Assembly: GCA_951804945.1 (NCBI GenBank)
Contig: OX638151.1
Location: 73,160,001-73,224,000 of the forward strand
Direction: 5' to 3'
Length of the DNA: 64,000 bases
DNA from: Podarcis cretensis
Lineage: Eukaryota
This document shows positions 12,601 to 26,294 of the stretch, piece by piece (within the stretch, counting starts at the first letter, position 1; every line of letters starts with the position of its first letter). The notes beneath the pieces are model-generated. The model saw nothing but the letters and a program-made list of their open reading frames with translations, did not search any database and had not been told where the DNA came from. The position numbers and the translations under genes are program-made.

Positions 12601-13348
12601 ATGGGTCGAAGTATACCAGTTGAACATGATGAAACTGGAGATTGGTCGCCATTTCCAGAGCATTCACTGGAAGAGGCTTTGGACCCTTCTGGTGAAAATA
12701 TAGAGAACTTGGTGCCCATAGGATCTTATCCATCTCAAATGGCTTCTCATTCATTGACTAGGCAATCATGTTTCTGCAAGCACCTTAATCGTGTGGATTA
12801 TAATAATGCTGATCTGGAAGCGTCTAACCACAATCACCTGCAACGATGCCAGGATTCTAGAAGGGAGATACCTCCTGGTCCATTCACTGAATCAACAGCT
12901 TCATCAGAACTTCATATTTTATCCATAAACAAAAGGAACCAGCTGCTGAGGTCTAGGCCTTCAGCTGATTCTCCTGACACTGGACACAATTCTAGTGGTC
13001 TGCAACAAAGCTCATCTGACATTTACCAAAATTCATCTGGTGAAAGTCAGGAGAATGCAAATCTAAACCAAACTCAATGTAATAGACCACCAATAGACCT
13101 ACGAACAGAAGATGCAGGATATGATTCTCAGCCTCTGGATCTTATGGGCATCAGGCAGCTAGAACCTCCATTGCCACTTACTTCCGTGTTTAACCTCCAA
13201 GACCTTCCAAGGCCTCTGATGTCCAGAGAGTTACCACAGATGGACCCTCAGCCATATCCTGTGTTCCCACAACTGGCCCATCCTTCCCCACAATCTCAGT
13301 GGCATCCTAGATACTACATTCCTGGGGATTTACATTGCCAGAATCCAT
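12601..13348 (+). CDS. TRAF3IP2: TRAF3IP2 (Act1/CIKS) coding exon 1; exon begins at 12593, ATG at 12601
   Basis: Acceptor ttctatttttag|G at 12592. Translation MGRSIPVEHDE...SPDTGHNS...DAGYDSQPLDLMGIRQLEPPLPLTSV...QDLPRPLMSRE matches the Act1 N-terminus (human MNRSIPVEVDE...[26 protein letters not shown]). Donor T|gtaagt at 13349, phase 1. Confidence 0.95.
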
Positions 13349-14475
13349 GTAAGTTAACTGGTCAGGTATTCAGAATACTTTTTTTCCTAAGTAGCTTAGA
13401 GAATTTTGCACAGTTTTTCCAACTATATTTAATCATAAGAAACGTGTGCTTCTGGCTTCTAGCATTTCTTGCCATCCACTTTTATGTTTGCAGTTCTTAG
13501 CTATACCAGTGGCCTCATAAAGGCTGGGGATTCCATTCAACAAATCAGCTGCGCAGTTCAGATGTTTACACTTCTGAACGAGAAATCTCTGCTAATCTAA
13601 TCCTCACATTTTGTGATCTGGCACTTGCTTTTCTCTACTATAACTTCCTGTCCTGATAATATTATATTTCCCTTTTTCATTCTTTAATCACTTCCATCAT
13701 TTTTCTCCTTCCTTTCTGCCAGAATTTGAAGATTCAATAGTTTTCTCTCCTATTATCAACTTGCTAAAACTAGACTAAGAGTATGCATCAACTCTGTATG
13801 TACCCAAAATTACAAGGCAAATCAGGGTGATTTCTGATTGCACCATTAAATGCCTTCTCCTATGGAGAGATCTCTAACATATCCCCAAAAATCTGTGGTG
13901 GTAGGTGTCTACCCTCCACCACCACTGACCCTTGAAGTAACAAGGGCCTTACTCGGGGTGACATTTCCTCCACCAACCCAGTCCTTCCTGGCAATTAATG
14001 CTAACTTTCCACCCCTCCTTCCCCTGAGCAAATCAGTGGAGACATTTCTTTCCCTCAACACCCCTGCCTTCTCTCAGTTCCCAGGTTCATGCTGTACTTT
14101 AGAAATTGTAATGTCTGTGTTTAGGGGAGGAAACGTGAAAAGTGCCCTGCTCCTGCATTAAAACCCCTATGGGTATCTGCCTACAGTTTATCAGGCTCCA
14201 CACTCTGGAGGGGCTGCAAGTTTCATTCACTTCTGTGAAAAGTTATAGCTGTTTTTAGATTCCCCATTATAGTGAATTTACTCACCTCACTGTTCCTCAT
14301 CTTCCCTGGGGGTCTTATGGCTTTTGTAGCCATCTGCCAGTGTTGTTACCTGACAGATATTTGGATGCCATGTCCTCTTTCATGTCATCCCTGCATTCTG
14401 GCACCCTGATGCTTCCAACTAGAAGCAATCCCACCACGTGCCCATACTGTGCCACGTTCTTGCGCAAAGCTGCAC

Positions 14476-14689
14476 TAGGTTACAGACGCTTCAGGTTACA
14501 GACTCCGCTAACCCTGAAATAGTACCTCGGGTTAAGAGCTTTACTTCAGGATGAGAACAGAAATTGTGTGGCGGCGCGGCAGCAGTGGGAGGCCCCATTA
14601 GCTAAAGTGGTACTTCGGGTTAAGAACAGTTTCAGGTTAAGAATGGACCTCTGGAACGAATTGATTTCTTAACCCGAGGTACCACTGTA
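14476..14689. mobile_element. Tigger/pogo-like MITE, partial
   Basis: Ends ttaacccgaggtaccactg|ta; same family as 38040-38638. Confidence 0.8.
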
Positions 14690-16442
14690 TTCGAAAAGAT
14701 ATAAGTGATAATTAGGAGGATAGCTGAAAATGCACAGGAATCCCCAGGCCTGGGACAGTCTGGTTCATCATGCCTTTCCATGGAAGTGTTCAAAGTTTGA
14801 GCCACTATCACATCAGATTTGATCACCCCACTTTCCATGCTAAGAAGGGAAACCTAGAACATAAAGACAAAAATTACTTGCTAAATGGACCCAGACTACA
14901 CAGCCCCTTCATTTCTCATCCTGTTAAATATATACTAGTTTAACAGTGCTACTTGAACAACACTTTCTTTAAAACATGAGCCATTATGTAATTTGAGACA
15001 TATTGCAAGAGCCTCCGCCCACCCAACAAAAACCCCAAACCAACATACTTGTTCAGAGCTGGAGGCAGTATTTTGCTTACTAACTTCCTATCTTCTACGA
15101 GGCATAAAATGGCTTCCTGACAGCTTTTCACATTTCCAATGATTACTGGGCAATCATCGCTCACAATAGGGTTTTGTACTTAATGTGTTCTAATGTGCAC
15201 CTTCTAGACAGAAACAATCTAGTGTGCTGTGCTCCCAGGCAGCCATCTAGCCAGGGCATCTGCTCTCTCATATTCATAATAGACTCAGCACTGCATTTCA
15301 GCTGCATTCTCTCAATGATAATGCCTTCTGAAATGAATGTTACTTTTGCAAGGGAGTTCCTAGTATTCAAATCACAGGTATGTGATTGCTGGAGGTGAAA
15401 CCAGCTCATATTCCCATGGAAGGAAGGGCAAGATAAATTGCTGGAGCTGGAGCATTCCTAGTTCTTGCATTTCCGTCACGAGTCTTGTAGCTTTTTGAGT
15501 TTATGATCACACCAAAGTGAAGCACTTTGAGACTTTGTTCATTTCAATGAGTTAACATGGCGTCTAAGGCCGTAATCCTCCCCACACTGATCTACAAGTA
15601 AGCCTCATTTATTTATTCGTTTATTTCCAACATTTGTTTCCCACTTTTCTATAACTCATAATCAGACTGGATTATAGTAATCAGTCAAAAAATCAAGTGC
15701 TTCCTTTGCTGTCAATATGCAAAGGGTTGCCCTGTTCCTCTATCCTATCCATTAGTTTGCTGAAAGAGTGCTTAATTTGGCCAGGTGTTTTCTTAAAATC
15801 TAAAACCGTAAGACAACCATGAAAAATACAAAACACAATCTATCTACAACTAACCAATTTTAAGACTATTGATTTCAGTGGGACAGTGAAGCACATACTT
15901 AAATCCCTAGTAGAAATGCTTGACTTTGGCTGAATTGTGCCCAAGGTTTTCAAGGAGAGAAAACTGATTGCACTGTGAACTTAAACAAAAACAACCCTCC
16001 AGTATTGATGCTCATAATTTTATTTCACACCATTTTAGTCTGTTCACAACACTGGCAATTTTCTTAATTGTCAAGATTCTCAATTCCAAATCTGCCATAT
16101 CTTCCAGAGTGAGGCAACATACTGCTAACCTTTTCTGAAAGTAAAAAAGTGGATCATTCCCATTAGGTATACTGTGAACCTATTCCCATCACTCAACTAG
16201 TGAAGCGAACTTTACGGCCTGCCACTACGTCGCGGGCATCACCTTCAGCAAATTGGAAGTTCTGCTTAAAGTGACAGAGACCATTTTCTAGTACACAATT
16301 TCATGCTTAAGCCTATCGATTCTAGTTGGTGCAATGTGCTAAACTTGTAGTTTGATCATATTCATTAACTGTTTTGTTAAATTCTGTTGTTCAAAGGTGA
16401 CTTAACTATGCAGTGGCTCAAATTTTCCTTTTCTACTCTTAG

Positions 16443-16632
16443 ATGGGCAAACACGCTACCAACACTTCGCACATCCACCTCAACCACGGCTTCCTGTTCC
16501 TGGCCCTTGTGTAAGAGCCATCCATCCTGGCCGGCAAATAATCCCAAATTATTCCAGTCCTCCTTCTCCTCAATGTAATGAAGAAAGGCTCCCTGAGAGA
16601 GAGAGCTCTTCTGGAGAATTTAAAAGATTGTA
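16443..16632 (+). CDS. TRAF3IP2: TRAF3IP2 coding exon 2
   Basis: Acceptor ttctactcttag|; reads (Y)GQTRYQHFAHPPQPRLPVPGPCVRAIHPGRQIIPNYSSPPSPQCNEERLPERESSSGEFKRL; donor TA|gtaagt. Phases 1 to 2 fit the neighbouring exons. Confidence 0.88.
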
Positions 16633-17358
16633 GTAAGTTTGTCCTGAGATTCACTGGGAAATTGCAGCAGCAAGAAGCTGGCGGAAGCAAGACAGAGGCT
16701 GTCTTGACTCTGGCAGTGGTGCTATTGGTATGCATAAGGTGTTGTTTTAACTGTGGCAGCTAAAGTAGGTCTAAACAGCCTTCCCCAATCAGGTGCCTTT
16801 CCAACATTTTGGACTACAGCTCCCATAATCCCTGATCACTGACTGTGCTGGACCTGGTATAAAGGCCTGGGTGATTCACAGTACCAGACTGCTTTTATAT
16901 CACACAGAGAGAGTTTTTCAGAATGCCGAGTACGTTTATCTCTTTTTTGCTACATTTATAACCCAGTTTTTGGCCAATACACAGCAGGAACTTTGCAATT
17001 TAAGGTATTAGAACAAGCAAAATTAAAAGCTAAAATAATGAATTCTTTTAGACCTCTGGTGGTCTCTTCAGGGGCTAGTGGCACATGCTCCCTGCCCTGG
17101 GCTTCTTGTGGGGCTTGTGGATCTTTAAGCAGCCTCTGGAAAGATGCTGGAAGGCCTCCTAGAGAGATTGTCTTAGGCTATATGTGATCTCTTCAGGAGC
17201 TGACAGCATGAGATCAGTCATGCATTGAGCCACCTTTTTATTGCTAAAGTGACTTTTTCATAAAAGGAAAATTTTCTCATTAAAAACAGGCCTCGCACAT
17301 GTGCTGTTAGAATCAGCAGCTTTTAACATTTTATAATGACTCTTCATGTTTTTCCTAG

Positions 17359-17555
17359 TGGCCAGTTTCAGAACCAACTACTGCATGGTGGAGCATCATC
17401 CAAGGCTTATGGCGCTCATGAGGACATCTATAGGTGCCCTTCTGATTCCATGGCTCAGCCTAATGGCCCACCATGCCCAGCTGCCATCCCAAGGCCTCCA
17501 AGTAATTTTGCAGTCAGGGGAACACTGAGGACAAGTAATTTGCCAGAAGAGCTGC
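17359..17555 (+). CDS. TRAF3IP2: TRAF3IP2 coding exon 3
   Basis: Acceptor tttttcctag|; ends [26 protein letters not shown] (human [26 protein letters not shown]); donor C|gtaagt. Confidence 0.93.
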
Positions 17556-18411
17556 GTAAGTGTCCCCCCCCCCCCGCGCCATGTTTGGAAAATTGTGTAT
17601 AAAGCCATAGCATTGGTTAGTGAAGAAAGTGGATGGTCCAGTCCTAGCAGAATCATGCATACATAGAACCACACTCTCCTGCTGATCACAGCAACTTCTA
17701 GTGCTGCCTCAGCCTAACAGCAGATAACACCAGGGCATGGCCTTTTAAAATTGGTATCTTCTAGTTGTCCTGGAAGTGGATCCTTTTCACCAGAAGCCCA
17801 GCTATAACCTTAAAGGGCCTGAAACTATTCCAGGTGGAGACTGCCAGGATACAACTCTGCTAGGCCTGAGGTTCTTGCTACTCCCCATGTCCTTGATTTA
17901 ACCACATCCACATTTTGGGGTTCAAAGTAGCATGCAGTTCAAAGTGTAAAGCAGGCACCATGCAATTAATCTGGAGAACAGACAGCTAGAAGGATTAGGA
18001 GGAAGTGACATTTTCATGGCTTATAACAGTCGTATTTATTAACTTTCAATTTTTTAACGTTAGGGTCCAGGAATCATTAGGTGGTTGGAGAAGGAGCATT
18101 TTCCATTGAAAGTGTCATATACTCTGAGGGTTTCTGCTTGTCAGAGCAGGGACATGGGACAAATTAAAGGTATTCTAGAGGTCTCTAATGGAGATGCTTA
18201 GCATGATCACAAGACATTGAGCCAGTTCAGCTCCATTGTACAAACAATAATCAACCCAGTCAGATGGGTGGAGTATAAGTAATAAATTATTATGACTATT
18301 ATCTAAACCAAACAAGATAGAGCTTATTGTCTGCTCTGTGCTAGTATAACAAAGAAAAGGCAAGCGCTTTTTTTCTAGTACTTTGAACAATACTTTGATC
18401 ATCTCTCTTAG

Positions 18412-18500
18412 GTAAAGTCTTCATAACCTACTCTGTGGACACAGCTGAGGAGGTCATGAAATTTGTGAACTTTTTGTTTGTAAATGGATTTCAGACAGCT
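18412..18500 (+). CDS. TRAF3IP2: TRAF3IP2 coding exon 4 (start of SEFIR domain)
   Basis: Reads [30 protein letters not shown]; junctions ctctcttag| and |gtaagt. Confidence 0.96.
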
Positions 18501-19804
18501 GTAAGTACTCTATTCTGGAAGGGTGTTTCCCTTTGCTGGAATTCAATCAAGAATGTATGAAATCGGTTGTCTATATCTTTAAAGCTTCGTCTTCCTTTTT
18601 AATGTTCCTGCCTGCACTGATGAATCTTGTATGCAGGGGCATGTACTCAAACCCTAAATATATGAATAAGGGGGGAAGAGGCTTAAGTGGTGTATTTGAA
18701 ATTCCAACACAAAGTTTATGTAATACACTAAGTGGAGTAAGGTTGTACTGACAATCCTTTGGAACATTGAAACTGTTTCTACATCACCTGTACAACACAA
18801 GCTTATGCAGTTTTGCTTGGAAGCAAGTCACACTGTGTTCAATAGGGCTTCAGGGCAAGTGTGGATAGGGTTGTATTTTCCCTCAAGGTCACTGAAGGAG
18901 TTCAAGGTTAAACAGGGGTCTAAACTTTGCATCACAGCCGAAACCCCAGGCAGTGAACTTTCTTGGAATACAAGAATCCTACACAACAGCACAGGGGACA
19001 AGATGGAATGACCTCACAAACTCTGAATAATGCTTCTTTTTTCTAGAGGGGGAAAGGTGTGATTCTTTGCCACTTTTGACAAACTTGGGTTCAATCTTGC
19101 AGAATACTAGGCAAGATGATATGGAGCCATGGCTCAGTGTTGCTAAAGACCATGGGGGGGAAGGCAGATGGTGGAAATTGAAACAAAGGATTGGATGGAA
19201 TCAGAGGAGGACAGTACAGAGTCAATAATGCAGTAGTACAGAAGAACATTTTTTGAAGCAGGAGGAGGAGCAGGAGGGCCAGAACAAAACCATTAAAATA
19301 CACTGAAAGTGTATACGGTTTTTGCAGAATACACCTGCTGTCAAAGACCCATCTGGAGTCTCAGGTGACAGAAGGGGGAAATAATTAGCTGAGGTCCCTG
19401 GAGATTCCTTGTCAGCTGTGATATTGCTAGCAGAAACTTACCAAGCTGCAGAAATGCCCTGGCTCTTTGTGAATAGAGAGCCTTGTTAGACTATGTACAC
19501 TTGCACTTCAACTTTTGAACTGGGAAACTACACATTGAGGGTAGAACCATATTATGCCTTCAAAGCACATCCAATAAATATTTAAAGAGCATGCTTCCCC
19601 CAAAGCATCCTGGAAACTGTAGTTTAAGGTTGCAGGGAATCGTAGCTTTGTGAAGAATAAACTAAACTTCCCAGGATTCTTTGAGGGAAGTCATATGCCT
19701 TCAATATGCATTTGAGATACTTTGTGAATCTTCTTTGTATTGATGGAAATATTTGCCTCTGCACACAGAGCTGAAGAAATGTTAATATTTTCCCGTTCTT
19801 ATAG

Positions 19805-19873
19805 ATTGATATATTTGAGGACACAGTTCGAGGTATTGACATTATCAAGTGGATGGAACGCTACCTGAGTGAT
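19805..19873 (+). CDS. TRAF3IP2: TRAF3IP2 coding exon 5 (SEFIR)
   Basis: Reads [23 protein letters not shown]; junctions ttatag| and |gtaagt; phase 0-0. Confidence 0.96.
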
Positions 19874-20562
19874 GTAAGTATGGGGGGGGGGAGGTGGTTC
19901 TTGTGCAAGCATTTTCCACAAGCAGCTCAAAGACAGTTTGGGGCATAGGCAGCTCAACGGCAGTCCTTAAGGAATTAGTCCTTAAGACAATACTGGTAAG
20001 AAACCACGGACTGAAACAGAAGCATCTCCTGCCCCCCTTGTGACTTAATTATTCATGTTGTTCCTACCCTTGCCTCCCCACCCATTCTGTCTAATTTAAA
20101 ATGTGAGCCTTCTGAGATAGGAGAACTTGGCTTTCATAGATCTGTAAAATGCCTGTGTTAGCCACATATTTATTTGTTTAGGTTTTTAAATGTTGCATGC
20201 AGAAGCAAAAACATTTGTGTTTTTAGCTTATAAATGCATAACAAAATAAAATAAACACATCAGGCCTTTTCAAGCATTCCAAACAAATGCGTGGGGAAGG
20301 AGGGGGGCTTATGCCAGCCCTGCCCCAACATCCTTGTGGGTGCACTTTCTATGTCCATTGCACACCCCACCCCAATCTTCTCAGGAAACACTTTCTATTT
20401 CCAGATTTCCTCATGATAGGGAGCCCATGCATTTTGGAACCCTGTTTGACATAGAGGCTTTGCATAGAAGATACTGCTAAGTATTTTAGGATCACAAACG
20501 AAAGAGCACAATCCTAAGCATATCTGCTCAGAGGTTAAGTTCTACTGAATTTAGGGAGGCTT

Positions 20563-20894
20563 CTCAGCGCCTAGGACTTGCCGATCGAAAGGTCGGCGGT
20601 TCGAATCCCTGCGGCGGGGTGCGCTCCCGCTGCTCGGTCCCAGCGCCTGCCAACCTAGCAGTTCGAAAGCACCTCCAGGTGCAAGTAGATAAATAGGGAC
20701 CGCTTACCAGCGGGAAGGTAAACGGCGTTTCCGTGTGCGGCTCTGGCTCGCCAGATGCAGCTTTGTCACGCTGGCCACGTGACCCGGAAGTGTCTCCGGA
20801 CAGCGCTGGCCCCTGGCCTCTTGAGTGAGATGGGCGCACAACCCCAGAGTCTGTCAAGACTGGCCCGTACGGGCAGGGGTACCTTTACCTTTTA
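20563..20894 (+). mobile_element. Sauria SINE, 5'-truncated
   Basis: Near-identical to 52322-52692; B box GGTTCGAATCC; (ACCTTT)n tail. Inserted into a short palindromic MITE spanning ~20505-20926. Confidence 0.92.
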
Positions 20895-21429
20895 CTCCTG
20901 GCAAAATGGGGTTTAGGCTTGCAGTCTAAAGCATTTGGGGAAGGAGGACCTACATAAGATTAAAATAACTGTTGACAAGCTGTGTGCATTCCACAACGAC
21001 ATTGTGTTAGTGCTAAGTGTACAGCTGAAGGCAGAATTGTGCCTTTGCTTTAATTATTTAAAAATAAACAAGTTCTTTCCAGGGGCCCCAAATCGTGAAA
21101 ACGGGCTCAAAAATGATTCAGCAAGGTGAATTGGCTGCTCATGGGTGGGTGGGTGGGTGTGTATGTGTGTATGAACAAAATTCAGTTAAAATCCTCATTA
21201 TACCTCTTCAAATGAAAAGTAAAACTTAATCAAGACACAATCTGAAGCTGGTGGGGCACAGCTGCTACGCTAGCTTCCCAGCAGTGAGCCACTACTGCTT
21301 ACCTGGACGGGGAGGTGGCAGAAATGACAGCATGGCGACTCACCTGCCAAGAAGCTGGTGTTGTGTCTCTGTCCCACCTGGCAAACTGCTTCTGGACACA
21401 GCAATTAAAGCAGAGACTGAAAAAGCTCT

Positions 21430-22270
21430 TACGGGTTCTTTTTAAAAATCACCAGTGATGAGGGTGGGCATATTAACTTCCTGTAGAAGGGCATTCTGTA
21501 AATATGGGAACCTCACTGAAAAGGCCATGTCCTTAGTTGCTGTTCATCTTCTTAGTGGACCAGGCAGTAGGGCCTATGGGGCTGATCTTCATGCTCAGGC
21601 AGGCTCATTGTCAGGAGCTGGAGTCTGGTGCAGGTCAGCAATAAAACAATAAAGCACCTGATGTCAGTGAAGTTAACTATTTATTCAAAAAATAAAACAG
21701 CTCAGTCCTAGTGATCCAGGCAACTCTTCCGAGTAGGTCTTGCCTCAACGGGGCATTTGTGAGGACTGAAGGTCCCTGCCTTCCCTCTGCTCTCTAAGGC
21801 TCCTCCCCCGGTTCCTTCCCCAGCAGCCTAAGGCTCCTTCATCTTGTCTCTCATTGCTCTACTGTCTTCATTCCTCTGTGTGTTCTGAGAGAGCAGGAGG
21901 TGGGAAGCTGGTCACAGCAGGAGGGGGAGAGTTCCTGGATTCTTATGCAGCCTGCCTCGTTTCTGTCTCCTGGTCCCCATCCTCTCCAGCCTCTGCTTCC
22001 AGCTGAGTCTGGACTGCCTGCTGCCCCAGCCTCTTCCTGCTCACTAAAGCCTGTTGCCTCTTCAGCTTCCGACACCTCCTCCTCCCAGTGTGCTCCCTCT
22101 TTTTCCTCTGACCACATATTGTTGTCCCACCACCAATCCCCTGCTCTGAGGGGTTCCCTTGCCTTTAGGTCACCCTAAATGGTTTAGAACTTTAAAAGAC
22201 GAAACCAGCACTTTATATTCGGCCTGGAAACAAATAGGCAGGCAGCATAACCAGAAGAGAATAGGTACGA
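21430..22270 (-). mobile_element. Old L2 fragment interrupted by an LTR-like element
   Basis: L2-type segments agggcattc...cactgaaaaggcc and accagcacttt..attcggcctggaaacaaataggcag lie on either side of the insert. Confidence 0.55.
21609..22165 (-). mobile_element. Gypsy-like LTR fragment (5' end truncated)
   Basis: Minus-strand end ...CTCCTGACA with AATAAA upstream of it and a purine-rich acidic-coding-like interior; sharp compositional boundaries. Confidence 0.55.
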
Positions 22271-22737
22271 AACAGAAACAAAAGTAAGGATATTTATTAA
22301 TGCTCACAATTTTATAGAGGTCACAAATCATGGTCTATTTGAGCATAGAATTCAGATTCTCCTGAAATAGGGGACATATTCTACTAGAAAGAGTGATAGA
22401 GTTTCAATTAATAAACAGTAATGGTGCATTGTTTATGCATACATTATTTTTAGATTTATGTTTCTGGAAGATAACCTGGTCAATGCTAAAATGTATTTTT
22501 CCCCCTCTCCATTTTAAAGTATGTTAAAATTTACTAGTGGAGAGAGAGCGCCTGGAAATCTGGTATGAGGAAATACAGTGTGCAGAGATTAGTTTTGCTT
22601 CATTGCCAAAATGCACTGGATTGTCTTATGCTTCCAGAGAACATCAGATCACGTATAATACAAACTGGCAGGTTTCCAAGCTGCTCTGCCCAACCACACT
22701 GCATTTTACAATTTCATAAAAGCGCCTTTCTCCCTGA

Positions 22738-22956
<219 letters not shown>

Positions 22957-23610
22957 TAAGTGCCGCTTTGTTGGTGTTCCCTGTTAGTACTGAGTGTTTT
23001 TTAGAAGCGGTGCTACTTGCGACTGCTCAGAAGTTCTGTTTGAGATAAATGTATATGACTGGCTGCTTGACTTTCTTTATGGCTTTTGCAGCCTGTTTAA
23101 ATCCCTTTATACCCTTTCCCCAAGTCCCTTAATATGAGCTTATCTCATGCCTGCACTTCCTCATACAGATTCACTCCAGAAAGAGATGGGAATCCACAAA
23201 CAACAGTAAATCTGACTGCCTGACCTATGAAAATAAGCATGGGGCAGGCGGGGAAGGAAATTCCCATCTGAGCTAGTGTATTCTCTGTCTCCATGCATTT
23301 GATCTGCTCTCCCTTATGGCCCTCCCATTGCCACAGAAACTCAGCTTGCTCACACCCTCACAAAGTCTCTCTAGAGTTTCTTCTGATCGGATCAAATAAG
23401 CTGCCAACAAAGTTGGTTCCTCTTTCAGCTGGGAGATAAGTACAGTATTAAGTAAAAGAACATCCACCAGTGAATCAGACTTCTTCACGTGACACAAAAA
23501 CATAGAGCCAGACTGTGAAAAAGAAGCACAAGTCTTGTTAGGGAAAGGCATAATTTCTTCAAACATTGTTACAATGAACACTCCTAACAGGAGAAAAAGC
23601 TTCCAGATTT

Positions 23611-23775
23611 AGAATCATAAATTGTAGAGTTGGAAGGATCATCTAGTCCAACTCCCTGCAATGCAGGAATATGTATGTGGCCTGTATGTGCCACAATATG
23701 TATGTGGCCTGTATATGTATTGAACCCGCAACCTTGGCATTATCAGCACCATGCTGTAACCAACTGAGCTGGGCA
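23611..23775 (-). mobile_element. tRNA SINE with CR1 tail (Squam2-like)
   Basis: Minus-strand AGCTCAGTTGG A box and GGTTCAATAC B-box remnant; (ATTCT)-type tail; internal 28-bp duplication. Confidence 0.8.
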
Positions 23776-24329
23776 GAAGTTTCAATAGTGTCTGTGGACT
23801 TTATCCAACATGAGTCCACTTTGATTAGAACCAATGTAATTAATGGGCATTACTAACTCAGGTCCATTAATTTCAGTCTACTGTATAATGCAGCTGGATA
23901 GAACCTAGTGAGTTTCTTTCTTCCAACATTGCTTTGCATCAACATAGGATCATTTTTTATGGGCTGTATATAAATCAATCAATCAACCAACCAACCAAAA
24001 GGCACAGTTCAGCAAAAGCTATGTAAGCCTAAGTCATATTCCACTGCTTTCAGTAGGACTTAGTCGTGATTAGTTATGGCTGGTGATTTAAGATTAACCA
24101 GACTCTTCACTCAGATACCCAACTGGTATTTGCGATATCTAAAATTTGTGGTATCTATGTCTTGGCAGCACACAAGGGACAGCGGGGAGCTCAGATCCTG
24201 AGCTATAAGTCAAGCACCCCTTTCTTTTCTTCATGATACTCGTTTGAAACATGGGAAGTAGCTTGGAGAACCAACTTACAAGCCTAGTGTCACAGGTTTC
24301 ACCAAAGCCTAGGGAACACCTGTGTGTGC

Positions 24330-24527
24330 ACAGCAGGTCCTGAGCATCAGTTGTTACTAATCCAGGTTCATTTCAGACCAGAGATGGACTGTAGGGGGCT
24401 CGGAAATCAAGCTGAATTGAATTAGGACAGCAGGTCCTGAGCATCAGTTGTTACTAATCCAGGTTCATTTCAGACCAGAGATGGACTGTAGGGGGCTCAG
24501 AAATCAAGCTGAATTGAATTAGGACAG
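24330..24527. repeat. 97-bp tandem duplication (2 copies, 1 mismatch)
   Basis: acagcaggtcctgag...gaattgaattagg occurs at 24330-24426 and 24427-24523, followed by ACAG. Confidence 0.95.
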
Positions 24528-25145
24528 GGGGGAATTAAACCCCTAAGCTGGTCAAAAGTCCAGGTTATTTCAGAAATCAAAAGCAATTCTATTCTGTATT
24601 GTTGTCAACAAAACACAAGTTCTGTAGTAAGGAACTGATTTTCTTTTTTATATTCTTTAAATCACACACAGAGAGATTTAGATATCATTTCCTCGTACAC
24701 CTAAACAGCAGATGAGAAAATACAATTCAACATAGTGTTAGGGGTCTTCAGTCAAGAATATGCATCAATGGGTTGCCTGCACACTGCGACACATGTACTT
24801 GCAATGTGAAGGTGAGGGGGAAAGGGGAACGAGACACAGTTCTGCCACCTCCAAATATATGACTGGCATTGTCAAGATTTGAGAATGCTGAGCAGGGCAG
24901 GGCATGTAGTTTTTGATGTGGTGTAAGAAACAGCTGGCACCACCCTAATGCTTCTGAAATTCAGTGCAGAAGGAGAGGCCTACACAAACAGGCTTGCACA
25001 TGTGAAGCATAACCACTGGATTCAGGAAATGTGATACAGCAGACAAGTTGAGTAGGAATGGGCTCCAGCACAAAGAATGGTTGGAGGATAAGAATGCATA
25101 ATTCTTACAATTATATTTGGGCTAATGTTGTTTTTCATATTTTAG

Positions 25146-25235
<90 letters not shown>

Positions 25236-26294
25236 TAATCATGCTATTTTTATTTCTTTTTACAACCCGAGACAAAAACCTTCAAAAGCCTTTTTTGAAT
25301 GTTGAATAAAATCATGTTAGTATTTGAAGTAGGACCTTAGACAAATGCTTCATAACATTTTTAGATAAAGGTCTAGTTTGATTTCAGTAGTATGCTTTTT
25401 ATTCAGTGTGACTGGCACAATTTATCCTGTATTGATGGAATATACCCATTGTTTCTATTTCCCCTCTTTGAACTTATATATGAGGTAGCTTTGAACCCCT
25501 CTGCTCAATATAGTACCAAACACCTGTTTGATGAGCAGCTGTGGAGAGACCTTACATGCAGTTGTGTTCATGCAGCCTGCTGGTCCTGTCAAAGATAGGT
25601 AGCAATCTCACAGCAGCCTTTAGAAAAGGAACAGAGCAAACTGCCTTTGTCCCCATCTTTGTACCATACCGGGAAATCTCACAACCAAGTATCAACTTTT
25701 TCCCAATTTCTTCTTCCCAAATCCCACTGAGATGATCAGGCTGTAGGAATGCTGTTTTCTCCAACCATTTGGATTAGTGGGGATCCACTGCCGGGAGGGG
25801 GGGTCAGCAGTCTCCTCAAGTGTGATTACGTGAGAAGATATCACTTACTACAAGATCCTCTTTCTCCATGGAACTTTCCTTGCCTCCTTGGGGTGCCTTG
25901 GTGAGGACACTTGGAGGGGAGGTTCTGCTATAAATGAATGTGGTGATGTAAAATAATTTCCATTGTCCCTCAGTTTGAAGGCTGGGGAGTGCATTTTGGG
26001 ACTATGTCTACTTTATGTCAGTTAAAGAGCATTAAAACTAAGTGATGGTTAATGCCACAATGTGCTGACAGCAATGTTTCACACAGGTGATTTCTACAAT
26101 GGATTATTCAAATTGCACCATAAGCTGAGAGGGGACCCAAAGCATGACTAATTGCTTGTGTTTTGGCAAAGGCTCTTAAGAAAGGGACGGAGGGGAAGGT
26201 ATATGCCTGTGACTGTGATGCCTTCAGGTTTCTGAAAAGCTGAAATACAGAACGGAATTTAATATAGCTGCCTTCCACCCTCCCTCCCCCACAG

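Noticed and set aside
12532-13500. 322-aa ORF as a single-exon gene
   Set aside because: It is TRAF3IP2 coding exon 1 plus intronic read-through on both sides; splice sites at 12592 and 13349 bound the homologous part.
20564-20857. ORFs repeated at 20564 and 52352-52755 as duplicated genes
   Set aside because: They are antisense readings of Sauria SINE copies.
24330-24527. CRISPR-like or prokaryotic repeat system
   Set aside because: Vertebrate intron-exon DNA; two adjacent copies with no spacers and no cas genes.
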